A stretch of 63,776 bases of DNA, filler included, from Chiloscyllium plagiosum (lineage: Eukaryota), in assembly GCF_004010195.1 (NCBI RefSeq). It is 4 parts of one record of this genome, joined end to end, with 100 filler letters (N's around TTAATTAATTAA, not from the genome) between each part and the next. Parts side by side here need not be neighbours in the genome. Positions count along the whole stretch, not along the records: positions 1 to 16,822 come from NC_057714.1; 3 more parts are not named here. One strand, given 5' to 3'. Of the stretch, positions 1 to 11,599 are shown piece by piece (position 1 is the stretch's first letter; each line of letters starts with the position of its first letter). The position numbers and the translations under genes are program-made. The notes under the pieces were generated by a model, which saw only the letters and a list, made by a program, of their open reading frames with translations, was not told where the DNA came from and did not search any database.

Positions 1-233
1 ATCACCCTCACCTTGACCTCCTTCCACCTATCGCATTTCCAACGCCCCTCCCCCAAGTCCCTCCTCCCTATCTTTTATCTTAGCCTGCTGGACACACTTT
101 CCTCATTCCTGAAGAAGGGCTTATGCCCGAAACATCGATTCTCCTGTTCCTTGGATGCTGCCTGACCTGCTGCGCTTTTCCAGCAACACATTTTTAGCTC
201 TGATCTCCAGCATCTGCAGTCCTCACTTTTTCC
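1..233 (+). mobile_element. Penelope-like element 3' terminal region with hammerhead ribozyme core
   Basis: CTGAAGA-AGGGC-TTAT-GCCC-GAAAC at 109-133, then the tail GGATGCTGCCTGACCTGCTG...CCAGCATCTGCAGTCCTC that recurs at ~2180, ~4280(-), ~17380, ~22900 and ~61245. Confidence 0.75.
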
Positions 234-235
234 TA

Positions 236-828
236 TAAAAGCAGAGAGGTCATGTTGAAGCTGTACAGCATGCTGGTGAGGCCACAGCTGGAGTACTGTG
301 TGCAGTTCTGGTCTCCTTACTTGAGAAAGGATGTACGGGCACTGGAGTGGGTGCAGAAGAGGTTCACTTGGTTGATTCCAGAGTTGGGGTGGTTAGCTTA
401 TGAGGAGAGACTGAGTAGATTGGGATTATATTCATTGGAATTCAGAAGATTGAGGGGCGATCTTATAGAAACATAAAATTCTGAAGGGAATAGATAAGAC
501 AAAAATAGAGAGGATGTTTCCACTGGCAGATGAAGCTAGGACAAGAGTGCATAGCCTCAAGATTAGAGGGTGCAGATTTAGGACTGAATTGAGATGGCTG
601 TTAATCTATGGAATTCCTTGCTCAGTGAAGGAGTTGATGCTACATCAGTAAATGTTTTAAAGCTAAGGTCGCTTTTTTTGAACAATAAAAGGAATTAATG
701 GATACGATGAGAGCACGGGTAAGTAGATCTGAGTCCACAAAAAGATCAGCAATGATCTCATTAAGTGGCAGAGCAGGCTCAAAGGGCCAGGCGGCCTACT
801 CCTGCTACTAGTTCTTATGTTCTTATGT
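236..828 (+). mobile_element. CR1 LINE 3' fragment
   Basis: ORF 252-476 LVRPQLEYCVQFWSPY...RRLRGDLIET is the CR1 ORF2 C-terminus; CR1-like 3' UTR ending TTCTTATGTTCTTATG. Confidence 0.85.
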
Positions 829-1541
829 AATTGCTATATCATTCTGTATTCCTATGACAATGCATTTTTGCTTGCTGCTCAACTGGTCTGTCGGTGCGCT
901 CACTACAGCAACAACTAACAATGAATATAGCACATTTAACTGTTTCAAGGCACTTCACAGGAGCATTATAAATCAAAGCATGACCATGAGCCACATGAAT
1001 ATCTATTGGCTCACATTACTAAACTTTGTAAAAATAATGTGGAAATCTAAAATAAAAATAAAAAATAGTGCTGGCGAGTTTGAGCAGAGGAAATGCAAGA
1101 ATGAGAGGAGATAGAGAGAAATTTCAGACCACTAGGCCAAGGAACTATTGCCACAAATGACAGTGCAATTAAGATTGGGCATGCATAAGAGGCCAGAATT
1201 ACAGGCACAGATATCTCACTGGATTGTGGGATTTAAGAGATTACAGAAATAGGTTAATGCAAGCCCATGGATTAATTTCAAAAGAAGGCTGAGAATTTTG
1301 AAATCAGTTGATCAGGCACTTGGATGGTGCAAATGTTCAGGTCTTGTGCATTTGGGTATAGACTTTAATATAGAACAGATTGTGAATGGTGTTGCATGTT
1401 GTGCAATCATCAGCAGGTGTTTTCACTTTTGACCTTATAAAAGACAAAGGTCATTGATGAAGCAAATGAAGATGGTTGGGAACTACTCTTACACGGGGAG
1501 ATGGGGGGATGGGGGGAGGATTCTTGTGTGCAGTGATACAT

Positions 1542-1826
1542 GGGCGGCACGGTGGCACAGTGGTTAGCACTGCTGCCTCACAGCGCCAGAGACCCGGGTT
1601 CAATTCCCGCCTCAGGCCACTGACTGCGTGGAGTTTGCACGTTCTCCCCGTGTCCACGTGGGTTTCCTCCCACAGTCCAAAGATGTGCAGGGTCAGGTGA
1701 ATTGGCCATACTAAATTGCCCGTAGTGTTAGGTAAGGGGTATGGGTAGGTTTCGCTTCGGCGGGTCGGTGTGGACTTGTTGGGACGAAGGGCCTGTTTCC
1801 ACACTGTAATGTAATCTAATCTAATC
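1542..1826 (+). mobile_element. HE1-type tRNA-derived V-SINE
   Basis: A box TGGCACAGTGG, B box GGTTCAATTCC, V-domain GGAGTTTGCACGTTCTCCCCGTG, (TAATC)n tail. Confidence 0.9.
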
Positions 1827-1859
1827 CCTATCTCTGACTAGTAAGCCTACATTTCAGGG

Positions 1860-2230
1860 TAGGCAACAGTCTGAACACTTCAACCCCAGGGCATCAATGT
1901 GGACTTCACCAGTTTCCTCATTTCCCCTTCCCCCACCTTACCTTAGTTCCAATCTTCCAGCTCAGCACTGTCCTACCTGCCAATCTCCCTTCCCACTTAT
2001 CCACTCCACCCTCCCCCCGATCTATCCCCTCCATCCCCATCCACATTCACCTATTGTACTCTTTGCTACCTGCTCCCCAGCACCCGCACCCCCCCAAACC
2101 ATTTATCTCTCCACTCTGGAGACTTTCTGCCTCTATTCCTGATGAAGGGCTTTTGCCCAAAACATCGATTTTCCTGCTCCTTGGATGCTGCCTGACCTGC
2201 TGTGCTTTTCCAGCACCACTCTGATCTAAA
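1860..2230 (+). mobile_element. Penelope-like element 3' region, degenerate hammerhead
   Basis: C-rich 3' region; CTGATGA-AGGGC-TTTT-GCCC-AAAAC at 2139-2163 (GAAA core mutated); same tail as 1-233. Confidence 0.7.
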
Positions 2231-2799
2231 GCCTGCATTTCAGTCCCACCTGCTCCAGAGGTGTGTCATAACATGTCTGAATAGGGCGATTAAAAATATC
2301 TACACTGAGGAATGCCTGCAGAGTGGTCCTGGAGCTGGGATAATTAACCTCTGACAACTACATTCATTTTCATGATAGATATAATTCCAAAGAATGAGGT
2401 ATAACACTCAGTTTTGCTAGTGCCCTACTAGGGCAAATGCTGCTGTGGTGTCAATTGAATTTACTCCATCTTCAGCTCTTGAGTTCAGCTCTTTTGACCA
2501 TGATTGGACAAGGCTATTTTAAGGTCAGGAATTGATTGTCCCTAGTGGAACCAAAATTGAGCTTCAGTGAATTGATTATTTCTGAGTCCACAACACCTTC
2601 CATCATTTTGATCATGATTGAGAATGAACTGATAGGGTGGTAACTGGTTAGTTGGATTGTCCTGCTTTTTGCAAATAGACATATCTGGACAACTTTCTAT
2701 TTTGTCTGGATCATGGCATCATTATAGCTACACTGGAATAGCTTATCGAAGGGTATAGCTAGTTCTGAAGTTCTAGTTTTTGTTACTACCTCCAGATCA

Positions 2800-4200
2800 G
2801 ATCCCTGTGGAACACCACTGGTCACCAAGCTCCAGGATGACTACTTCCCATCTACCACCACCCTCTGTTTTCTATGGGCCTGCCAATTCTGTATCTAGAC
2901 AGCCAAATTTCCCTATATCCCATACCTCCTTACTTTCTGAATGAGCCTACCATGGAGAACCTTATCAAACACCTTGCTAAAATCCATATATACCACATCC
3001 ACTGCCCTACCTTCATCAATGTGGTTTGTCACATCCTCAAAGAATTCAATAAAGCTTGAGGTATGACCTGCTCCTCATAAAGCCATGCTGATTATCTCTA
3101 ATCAAACTCTCCTTTTCCAAATAATCATAAATCCTGTCTCTCAGATTTCTCTCCAATAATTTGCCCAATGTAAGACTAACTGCTCTATAATTCCCAGAGT
3201 TATCCCTATTCCCTTTCTTGAACAAGAGAATATTTGCCACCCTCCAATCATCTGGTGCTACTCCAGTGGACAGTGAGGATGCAAAGATCATCGCCAAAGG
3301 TGCAGCAATCTCTTCCTTCGTTTCCAGTAGTAACCTGGGGTATATCCCATCAGGCCCAGGGGACTTATCTATCCGAAGGTTTTGCAAAATTTCCAGCACA
3401 TCCTCCCTCTTAATATCAATCTGTTAGAATGTATCAGCCTGTTTCACGCTGTCCTCAAAACAACAAGGTCCCTCTTATTAAGGAGTACCGAAGCAAGGTA
3501 TTAAGGACTTCCCCTATCTTCTCCAAGTCCAGGCATAAGTTCCTTCCACTATCCCTGATCGGCCCTACTCTCACTCTGGCCATCCTCTTGATCTTCACAC
3601 AAGTGTAAAATGCCAAGCAGTTTTCCTTAAGCCTACCGACCAAGGCTTTTTCATGTCCCTTCTAGCTCTCCTAAGTTCATTCTTCAGTTCCTTCCTGGCT
3701 ACCTTGTGACTGTCTAGAGCCCTGTCTGATCCTTGCTTCCTCAACCTTAAGTAAGCTTCCTTCTTTCTCTTGACTTGATGTTCCACATCTCTTGTCATCC
3801 AAGTTTCCTTCATCCTACCATTCCTTCTTTGCCTCAGTAGGACAAATCTATCCAGCACTCACAGCAAGTGCTCCCTAAACATTTCTGTTGTGTATTTCCC
3901 TGAAAATATCTGATCCCAATTTATGCTCCACAGTTCCTGCCTAATAATTCGTACTCCCCCAATTACTTTCCCATACCATCTGCTCCTATCCCTCTCCTTG
4001 ATTATACTAAAGGTCTGGGAGTAGTGATCACTATCACCAAATGCTCCCCCACTGAGAGACCGGAGAGCTGACCTGGTCTGTTGCCAAGCACCAAATCCAA
4101 TATGGCCATCCTTCTAGTTGGCCCATCACATATTGAGGTAGAAAGTCTTCCTGTACACACCTGAAAAAAATTTGCTCTATCTAAACTAACATTCTTAACA
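2800..4200 (-). mobile_element. CR1 LINE ORF2 fragment (endonuclease end to RT), decayed
   Basis: Minus-strand peptides ILDLVLGN, KSPGPDGIYPRLL, LFKKGNRDNSGNYRAVSLT, QHGF. Confidence 0.85.
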
Positions 4201-4272
4201 TTTTCCTGCAACTTGGATACTAAGTCTGTCCACTGGCATGATAACTGACCAAGGCTTCCTTTAATCTATAAC

Positions 4273-5115
4273 AGGAGAAAGTGAGGACTGCAGATGCTGG
4301 AGACCAGAGTTGAAAAGTGTGGTGCTGGAAAAGCGCAGCAGACCAGGCAGCATCAGAGGAGCAGTAGAATTGACGTTTCGGGCACAAGCCCTTCTTCAGG
4401 AATAAGGCTGGTGTGCCAAGCGGGCTGAGATAAAGTGGGGGGGGGGGCTGGAAATACGATAGGTGGAAGGAGGTGAGGGTGAGGGTGATAGGGCGGAGAG
4501 GGGGTGGGGGTGGAGATTAGATTAGATTAGATTACATTACATTACAGTGTGGAAACAGGCCCTTNNNNNNNNNNNNNNNNNNNNNNNNNNNNNNNNNNNN
4601 NNNNNNNNNNNNNNNNNNNNNNNNNNNNNNNNNNNNNNNNNNNNNNNNNNNNNNNNNNNNNNNNNNNNNNNNNNNNNNNNNNNNNNNNNNNNNNNNNNNN
4701 NNNNNNNNNNNNNNNNNNNNNNNNNNNNNNNNNNNNNNNNNNNNNNNNNNNNNNNNNNNNNNNNNNNNNNNNNNNNNNNNNNNNNNNNNNNNNNNNNNNN
4801 NNNNNNNNNNNNNNNNNNNNNNNNNNNNNNNNNNNNNNNNNNNGGCCAAGGACCTGCATGTCCTTGGCAGAGTGGGAGGGGGAGTTAAAGTGTTCAGCCA
4901 CGGAGCGGTTGGGTTGGTTGGTGCAGGTGTCCCAGAGGTGTTCCCTGAAACGTTCCACAAGTAGGCAGCCTGTCTCCCCAGTGTAGAGGAGACCACATCG
5001 GGTGCAGCGGATACAGTAAATGAGGTATGTGGAGGTGCAGGTGAATTTGCAACGGAAATGGAAGGATCCATTGGGGCCTGGGGGGGGGGGGGGGAAGGTG
5101 TGGGCGCACGTTTTG
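4273..5115 (-). mobile_element. Penelope-like element 3' part (GIY-YIG endonuclease and terminal hammerhead), interrupted by a SINE tail and an N gap
   Basis: Minus-strand YCIRCTRCGLLYTGETG...ERFREH...VAEHFNSPSHS; hammerhead CTGAAGA...GAAACGTC at 4399-4372; HE1 tail 4515-4564; N gap 4565-4843. Confidence 0.8.
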
Positions 5116-7329
5116 CACTATAACAGCCCTATCACCCACACCTGTCAGCCACATTTCAGCACAGGTCACATAACCCATTCATTTTTACCCTATTTTACAC
5201 AATATCCCAAAACATTGTAATCTTGTAAACCTCATTATTAATATGCTTTAATTCCTTAGTATCTTTCCCTGACCTATTTGAAGTTATGAACAATAATTTC
5301 AATGATTTTGGACCAAAGAACTGAGTGCTATATACTGTTGATTTTTTTTGAGTAGGATTGGTAACAATTCTAAAATATTTAGAAGTGACAGAGTTCCAAG
5401 GAAGAGTCATATTGAACTTAAAATGTTGATTAGTTTCTCTCTCCACAGATGCTATCACACCTGCTGAGTTTATCCAGAGCTTTCTGTTTGATTTCAGATC
5501 TTCAGCATCCATAGTAGTTTGCTTGAATTTTATAGAAGCAACAAATATGTAAAGGCAGAAATCAGCTCATCCTCTTGCAGCTCTATTTCTGTTAGATTTG
5601 CTTTAGCCATCTGTGGGATTCATCTACTTGAGACAATTTTTTTCTAAGTGCTGCTCCAGCACAAATAAAATTAGTAATTCTCTACCAATGAAATAGCAAT
5701 GCAGTAAAAGCAGCTCTTTCATAACCAGAGTCTCAACACATTTTCATATGACTCTTCCATTCTTCTGTAATTTCATAATAGCCCATTGAAAACTGGCTTA
5801 ATGGCCAGTTTTAACATGTATGCCTTCTCCCCAGAAGTTCTATATAAGGCAAAGAATACCATTTGGAATGGATTATGCCATTTAATACTGGGAAGCAGTT
5901 GCTGCTTCCCATTACCGAATGGAGTTATGACAAATTTGCATAATGCACACAATGAGCAAATAGGCTGTGGTGAGATACCCCATGAATGGCAAATCATCTC
6001 AAATTGCTTAATGAAAGCAACATCTCGCACTTACACAATTTACTTTATAAGGTTACTGGATTTGCACATTAAACTCAGTACAGAAAGACATATGTACCAT
6101 TTTAATGATTGGCAATCAACCTCTGACCTATAAATTAACAATAAAATATGTGGAACCTCATTACTCAGGAATTTCTCCAATTGCTGTTGTTTAAAATAGT
6201 CTGAAAATAATCTTACTTTTCCTGTCTCTCATTTCTCTGTCCGTTCAGTTTTCCTTCTTCTGGATTTCTCTCTTTTTATATGGGGACACTACATTTTTTT
6301 GTCCACAAAGCACCAATGTGGCCAATTGAATATTTAGAAGTAAAGCCTGTTAAAGGCAATGCTAACATCAAAAAGTGAAAGGGCTTTAGGGAGAGGAAGA
6401 GGGGATTACATTCAAATGGAATTGGAGGAGGATATAAAGCACTGTGTCCCACGTGGTACATGGATTTCTCTTTCTGTATCTGAATTGACACTGAATTCAC
6501 CTAGGTTCAGTCCTTCCTGTTTGTTTCTCAATCCTTTAATCCTGTTGGTTATGGTGATACATTATTGGTCCCACATTACCCATTACCTCTGCTGTGAACT
6601 GAACAATTTTCGGACAAAAATTAAACAAACATGCCTAAGTCTGAGCACTTCAGGGATGGTGAGTGGGGGCTCTGGCGGAAAAGGGGAGAATTATCAGGGA
6701 TAAGGTGGAGAACAGGTGAGGTAGAATGCTGGAAAAGGTGTGGAGACATTGCAAAAATGCATTGGGTGCTGGGCTGGAGAGATCTTTTGGGAAAGGAGTG
6801 GTGAGGGACTGGAGGAGAGGAGAGGGAGTTAGGGATGAGATGGAGTTGGGGAGGAGGTATTAGTGGAGAGACCAGTGCTGGGGTAGGGTGAGAATGGGGA
6901 GGTGACAACATTTGGCAGGATGCAAAAGGATCAGGTCAGGAAGCTGGATAAGGGGTGAATGGGGAGGAGACTGCAAAAAAAGTGAGGCAGACTGGACAAA
7001 TGGGTGGTAATTAATAGAAGAGAGAGGGCATGGGGAGAAAGGTGAGTTTTAGAGGCAAGAGGCAGTAAGGGTGGATGTTAGAGGCTGGAAAAGGGATAGG
7101 AATGGAGGGACTTAGCGACTGCAAAAAAAGTCAGGGAGGGGCTTAGAGGGCAGAAAAGGGCGTGGAAATGGGAGAGGAAGGGAAAGATTAAGAAAGGGAG
7201 TATTGAAGGGGAAGAGAAGTAGCAGTGAAGACACCTGGAGAGGAGAAGAGACTCGGAGGTGGAGGTGAGGAAGAGACTGGAGGGTGGCAGCGAGAGGGGA
7301 AAGAGATTTGGGTTTGGCGGTGTTGGGGT

Positions 7330-7758
7330 GTGGGCAGGTGGTTAGTGAGGCGGAGGACGGTTTTACCAAAAGCCCTGGGGGTGCGGAGCTCACATTCCAA
7401 CACGGTGGCAGTAAACAAGGTGAAGCCGCCCAAAAGGGGAGGACCGGGGCGGGGAACCGGAGCAGGAACCGAGTGTTTTCCAGAAAGGTCTCGGCCGAGA
7501 CGATGTACCTTTGATGTGGAGAAACCTCTGGTCTTCAGTGGAGCGGCGCTGACGTAATGGGGATAAAGTTAGGCCCGAGTGTCGCAGTTGGAATTAGAGC
7601 GAGCAGGCGGGAGTGAGTGAACGAGGGGGATCCGATCGGATCCCATCGCCATCTTCTATCCACCGGTTCGGGCTGTTCCGGGAGCTGGTGATGACAGCGG
7701 CTATTTTTAACCGCCATCGTCAGCCGGAGGCCGCTATAAAAGGGGCCGCAGCTGCGAC
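7330..7758 (+). promoter_or_regulatory. OTUD1: OTUD1 CpG-island promoter: forkhead site, GC box, CRE, MEF2 site, TATA box
   Basis: GTAAACAA 7411-7418; GGGGCGGGG 7446-7454; TGACGTAA 7550-7557; CTATTTTTAA 7701-7710 (fits MEF2 YTAWWWWTAR); TATAAAAG 7735-7742; CpG-dense from ~7330 into the ORF. Confidence 0.7.
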
Positions 7759-8997
7759 ATGCACCTTTACAGCAGCGTGTTAACGCACTACCCCGGCGCC
7801 GCCTTCAAAGTGCCCACTACAGGGGTAGAGAAAGCGCCTGCTGAGAGCCCGAGTGTCGGAGTGAAGACTGAGCCCGCCTCTGCCGCCGCTTCCTCCTCTG
7901 CTGCCGCCGCCATGCCCGCCTTCTCGTCATGCGAACTGCTGCCCCCGGGCCCGGCTCCATCATCTGCATCCCCGGCCTCCCTCATCTACACTTCCACCGC
8001 CAGGATCCCCCTGCGGCCGCTCGAGAGGATGGTGCCGATCCAGATCCTGAGCGAGAGAGCGCAAGCCGAGCTACCGGCTCCAGCCCATCAGGGACGGGGC
8101 GCCTGGGCGGAGGACATCCTGGCGGAAGGATCGCGGAAAGTTTCAGCCTGGCCCCAGGATCGGATCCCGGGCGACGGCCTGCAGCGGCGGGCAGAGACGA
8201 ACTTGCAGGCGGCCTCGGAAGGGCCGGAGACCGCCTTCGACCTGTCGGACGGTGAGAGCACCGAGCGGGGGTACCAGGACTGGGTCGGGCCTGGGCCTGG
8301 GCCTGAGTGCCGGGCTCCGGAGGCCGATGAACAGCAGAGTAGCCGCCCCTGGCAACTCGACGGTGGCTTCAGGACGGTGGACCTGGTGGTGGAGAACAGG
8401 GCGGAGAAAAACGACAAGGTGGCGCGTTACCTGGCAGAGGTGGAGAAGCAGAACAGTTACCTGCGGGAGCGACAGAAGTACAGGTTCCATATTATTCCAG
8501 ACGGCAACTGTTTGTACAGGGCCGTCAGTAAAGCTGTGTACGGCGACCAGAACATGCACAAGGAGCTGAGAGAGCAGACAGTCCATCACATCGCAGATCA
8601 CTTGGACGAGTTTAACCCCATCATCGAAGGGGACGTTGGGGAGTTTTTAATCAACGCTGCCCAGGATGGGGCCTGGGCTGGTTACCCAGAGCTACTTACT
8701 ATGAGTCAAATGCTGAACGTTAATATATACTTGACGACAGGAGGTAGCCTGGAAAGCCCAACCGTTTCCACCATGGTGCACTGTCTCGGCCCAGAAGATC
8801 AATCAAAATCCAGCATATGGTTGAGTTGGTTAAGCAATGGACACTACGATGCTGTGTTTGATCAGTCTCTACCCAACCCAGAGTATGAAACCTGGTGCAC
8901 GCAAACACATGTTCAGAGGAAACGAGACGAGGAGTTAGCGAAGTCCATGGCAGCTTCTCTTTCAAAAATGTACATTGAGCAAAATGGATGTTTTTAA
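7759..8997 (+). CDS. OTUD1: OTU domain-containing protein 1 (deubiquitinase), single exon, 412 aa
   Basis: N-terminus MHLYSSVLTHYP and MPAFSSC match vertebrate OTUD1; Cys box IIPDGNCLYRAVS (Cys251); His box WLSNGHYDAVF (His362); C-terminal UIM DEELAKSMAASL; intact ORF. Confidence 0.97.
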   Translation: MHLYSSVLTHYPGAAFKVPTTGVEKAPAESPSVGVKTEPASAAASSSAAAAMPAFSSCELLPPGPAPSSASPASLIYTSTARIPLRPLERMVPIQILSERAQAELPAPAHQGRGAWAEDILAEGSRKVSAWPQDRIPGDGLQRRAETNLQAASEGPETAFDLSDGESTERGYQDWVGPGPGPECRAPEADEQQSSRPWQLDGGFRTVDLVVENRAEKNDKVARYLAEVEKQNSYLRERQKYRFHIIPDGNCLYRAVSKAVYGDQNMHKELREQTVHHIADHLDEFNPIIEGDVGEFLINAAQDGAWAGYPELLTMSQMLNVNIYLTTGGSLESPTVSTMVHCLGPEDQSKSSIWLSWLSNGHYDAVFDQSLPNPEYETWCTQTHVQRKRDEELAKSMAASLSKMYIEQNGCF

Positions 8998-9932
8998 GTG
9001 ATTTTTTTTCCTCCCTAATACTACTATTGATAAAAGGTTCCGTTCAGAACCTAAGACTTTGTGCATAAGCTGATGAAACTGATATGAGCAAGCCTAGTAA
9101 GAAGTAGAAATGTAAAGGTTGTTAATATGGTTCTTATTTATATTTATATGCTTACACATTGATTGGGCTAACAGCACTTTAAAACGGATCATAAAATCAA
9201 CTCTAAGTAACGCCTTAATTAAATGTGTGAATTCCTAAATGTTTTACCAAATGTTTGAGCTCAAACTAATGAAGGTTGCGGGGCACCTGAATTTTTAATC
9301 AGGTTTATTGGAAATAAGAGACCATAGGATTGAATGGGACTGCATTGTCTCATTAGGCAAGTTTTTTTTTAAAAAATTTAAACTTCTGATGTTTGGAAAC
9401 AACTGATGTTTAATCTCTGCTTTGGAGAGTTTTTTTCTGAAGAATGCTTTTTTTAAGAGACTTTTTATTGCAATTTTTTTTGCAATTGCTGGTTTGTTAC
9501 TGTCATACCTCCTTCATTACGTTCTGTATTTGGTATTCGGGCAGGTGGCTGGTTGCCACTAAATTGCCACCTTGATTTTATAATTGGTTAGATAAGAGAT
9601 TTCTGATCTTTATAGTTTAGCTATCATTACTAACATTTGTTACCATCTGTTTCTTACCATTTCACTGACTTTTTTTATATGCTGTCCAAGATGTATTGAC
9701 TTCCTAAAGTGGTTTGCAGGGTCAAACTTGTAACCAGTTTGCAATTACTGTATTTGTATTGATTGTAAAGTTATTAATCAACATGGAATGAATAAAAGTT
9801 ATGTAACATTTCTCAAGCAGTTATTAGTGTGAAATATTTATTCTCTCATTAGAAACAGAGGGCTTTTGCTATGACACTCCACTAAAACTTAATTTTAATA
9901 TAGATTGAACTTTGTGGAAGAATATAAATAAA
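8998..9932 (+). other. OTUD1: OTUD1 3' UTR with AU-rich element and candidate poly(A) signals
   Basis: TTATTTATATTTAT at ~9134; AATAAA at 9791 and 9927; no recognisable repeats. Confidence 0.55.
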
Positions 9933-11599
9933 ATCTCCAGTTTAAGATTCTAATTTCAACACTGGTAAAAGTGTTAGATTATTCAAACCAGAAGACCTTC
10001 AGTAATGTTAAGTTATATTGTTTTCTGTTCTACATTGGGTGATTGATTACTGATTTTTGAACAGTTCAGTATTAGTAAACCTAAAGAATGGAGGAAACAT
10101 GTTCAGCTTATATGTGGATCTGTACTATATGGAGCAGCTATTTTAAAATTGGAGTAATTTTTCTGTACATGCTACATAATATGAAGCTATTTAAATTAAT
10201 GCTTCAGCTATCAGTCTGGTATTTTGTACAGAGTACAGTGATAACCTCTACAAATGTTTAGCAAATATACTACACTCTGAATATCACATACTTTGTCATT
10301 AACTAAAAGAGTGACTTGCAATAAATAGCATTAGATGTACCATGTTATGATTTTAAAGGCACTCCCTGAAAGCATATGGAAGCAGATTCAGTTGTACGTA
10401 TAAATGGGAAATGGATGCATGCTTGTAAAGCAGAGTGTTGCAAGCTAGGAGAAAGTGCAGGCAAATGAAATTCATTGGATAGCTCTTAGAGCTGGTTCAA
10501 GTCTTCTTTGCTGCATTATATTATATCTTTTTTTTCAAAATAATTGAAATGAATTAATGTAAATAGTTTACGCCAGTAGAGGTTTCCCATCATATGCAAG
10601 TGTATTAGTTATGTTTTCATCTTCTAAAGATTTTTCTTTAATTCTTCAAGGCGATTACACCAAAAACTGGTTAGTGATGTAATGCTTGTGACTCATTTGT
10701 CAAGTGGCTGTTAACCACCTTTTGGAGATGGTAAAACAGTAACACTTCTATCTGGGCAACATGTACTCCATTGAAATGTCGATCAATCTTGTAATAAATA
10801 CTGGAGTCTCTGGCCAAAGGGATAAAACTGTCATGAGTAATATAGTAGTGGCTCTGTATTGCTTTGTGTAGTGTTATTAGCCATAAAACCAATTCAAGCA
10901 GAATAGCTCAACTCCTCATCTCACTGCAAGGCAGGTACCACTAAAATCATACAAGTGATCCCACAAATGTTTGTTAAATGGTAATTACAGCCTAAGGTGA
11001 ATTTCTGAGGCTACTGACTATTGAAGTCTGTGAATATCATATGATCTTTCTCAAGGGTCTCTCACTCATGCATTAAGAACAAATTGAAGTAACAAAATGT
11101 CAAAGGCAAATAAAGTTATGAAAACCAGCCCTTGCAAGCTTAAAAAGATCGGCAGTCCTTCAGAATCTCTCAAGTTAGCTATTTATTTCTACAACCACAC
11201 AAACGGCTATATGTCACTTTTTCAAAGTTCATACAAGTTATATAAATAGGGTTTTCATATATCAACCTTTATTACAAGTTGAGATAAGGCAAATGTAAGT
11301 CTATTAATGGGAGGGAAGTATATACTCATGTATGAAACATTTAATGATTATGATCTGTATTTCACTTAGGAAATAATGTTTTTAAAATAAAGGAAGCCTT
11401 ATTTGAAGAGAAGTACAAATCAGTCTATCTCTTCTCCCTGCTTGGGCTATAATAATTTTGGAGTGGGAGGGAGGATTTGGTTGCATGGAAACTTATGGCA
11501 AAAGTTAAATGGGGAGGACCAAGAACAAGTAATAGGACATAGATTCCTGACCCTTTCCATACTAACTTCAGCCACAATGGATAAGGGAACAACTGTGAG

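Noticed and set aside
1542..1612. tRNA genes at SINE heads (also 47756, 51505)
   Set aside because: A/B boxes run on into the V-SINE body and tail; these are SINEs.
4532..5071. ORFs spanning N gaps (also 52072-52683)
   Set aside because: Length inflated by Ns; only the flanking Penelope-derived peptides are meaningful.
7788..8965. Alternative-frame and antisense ORFs over OTUD1
   Set aside because: Expected in GC-rich coding DNA; no recognisable motifs.
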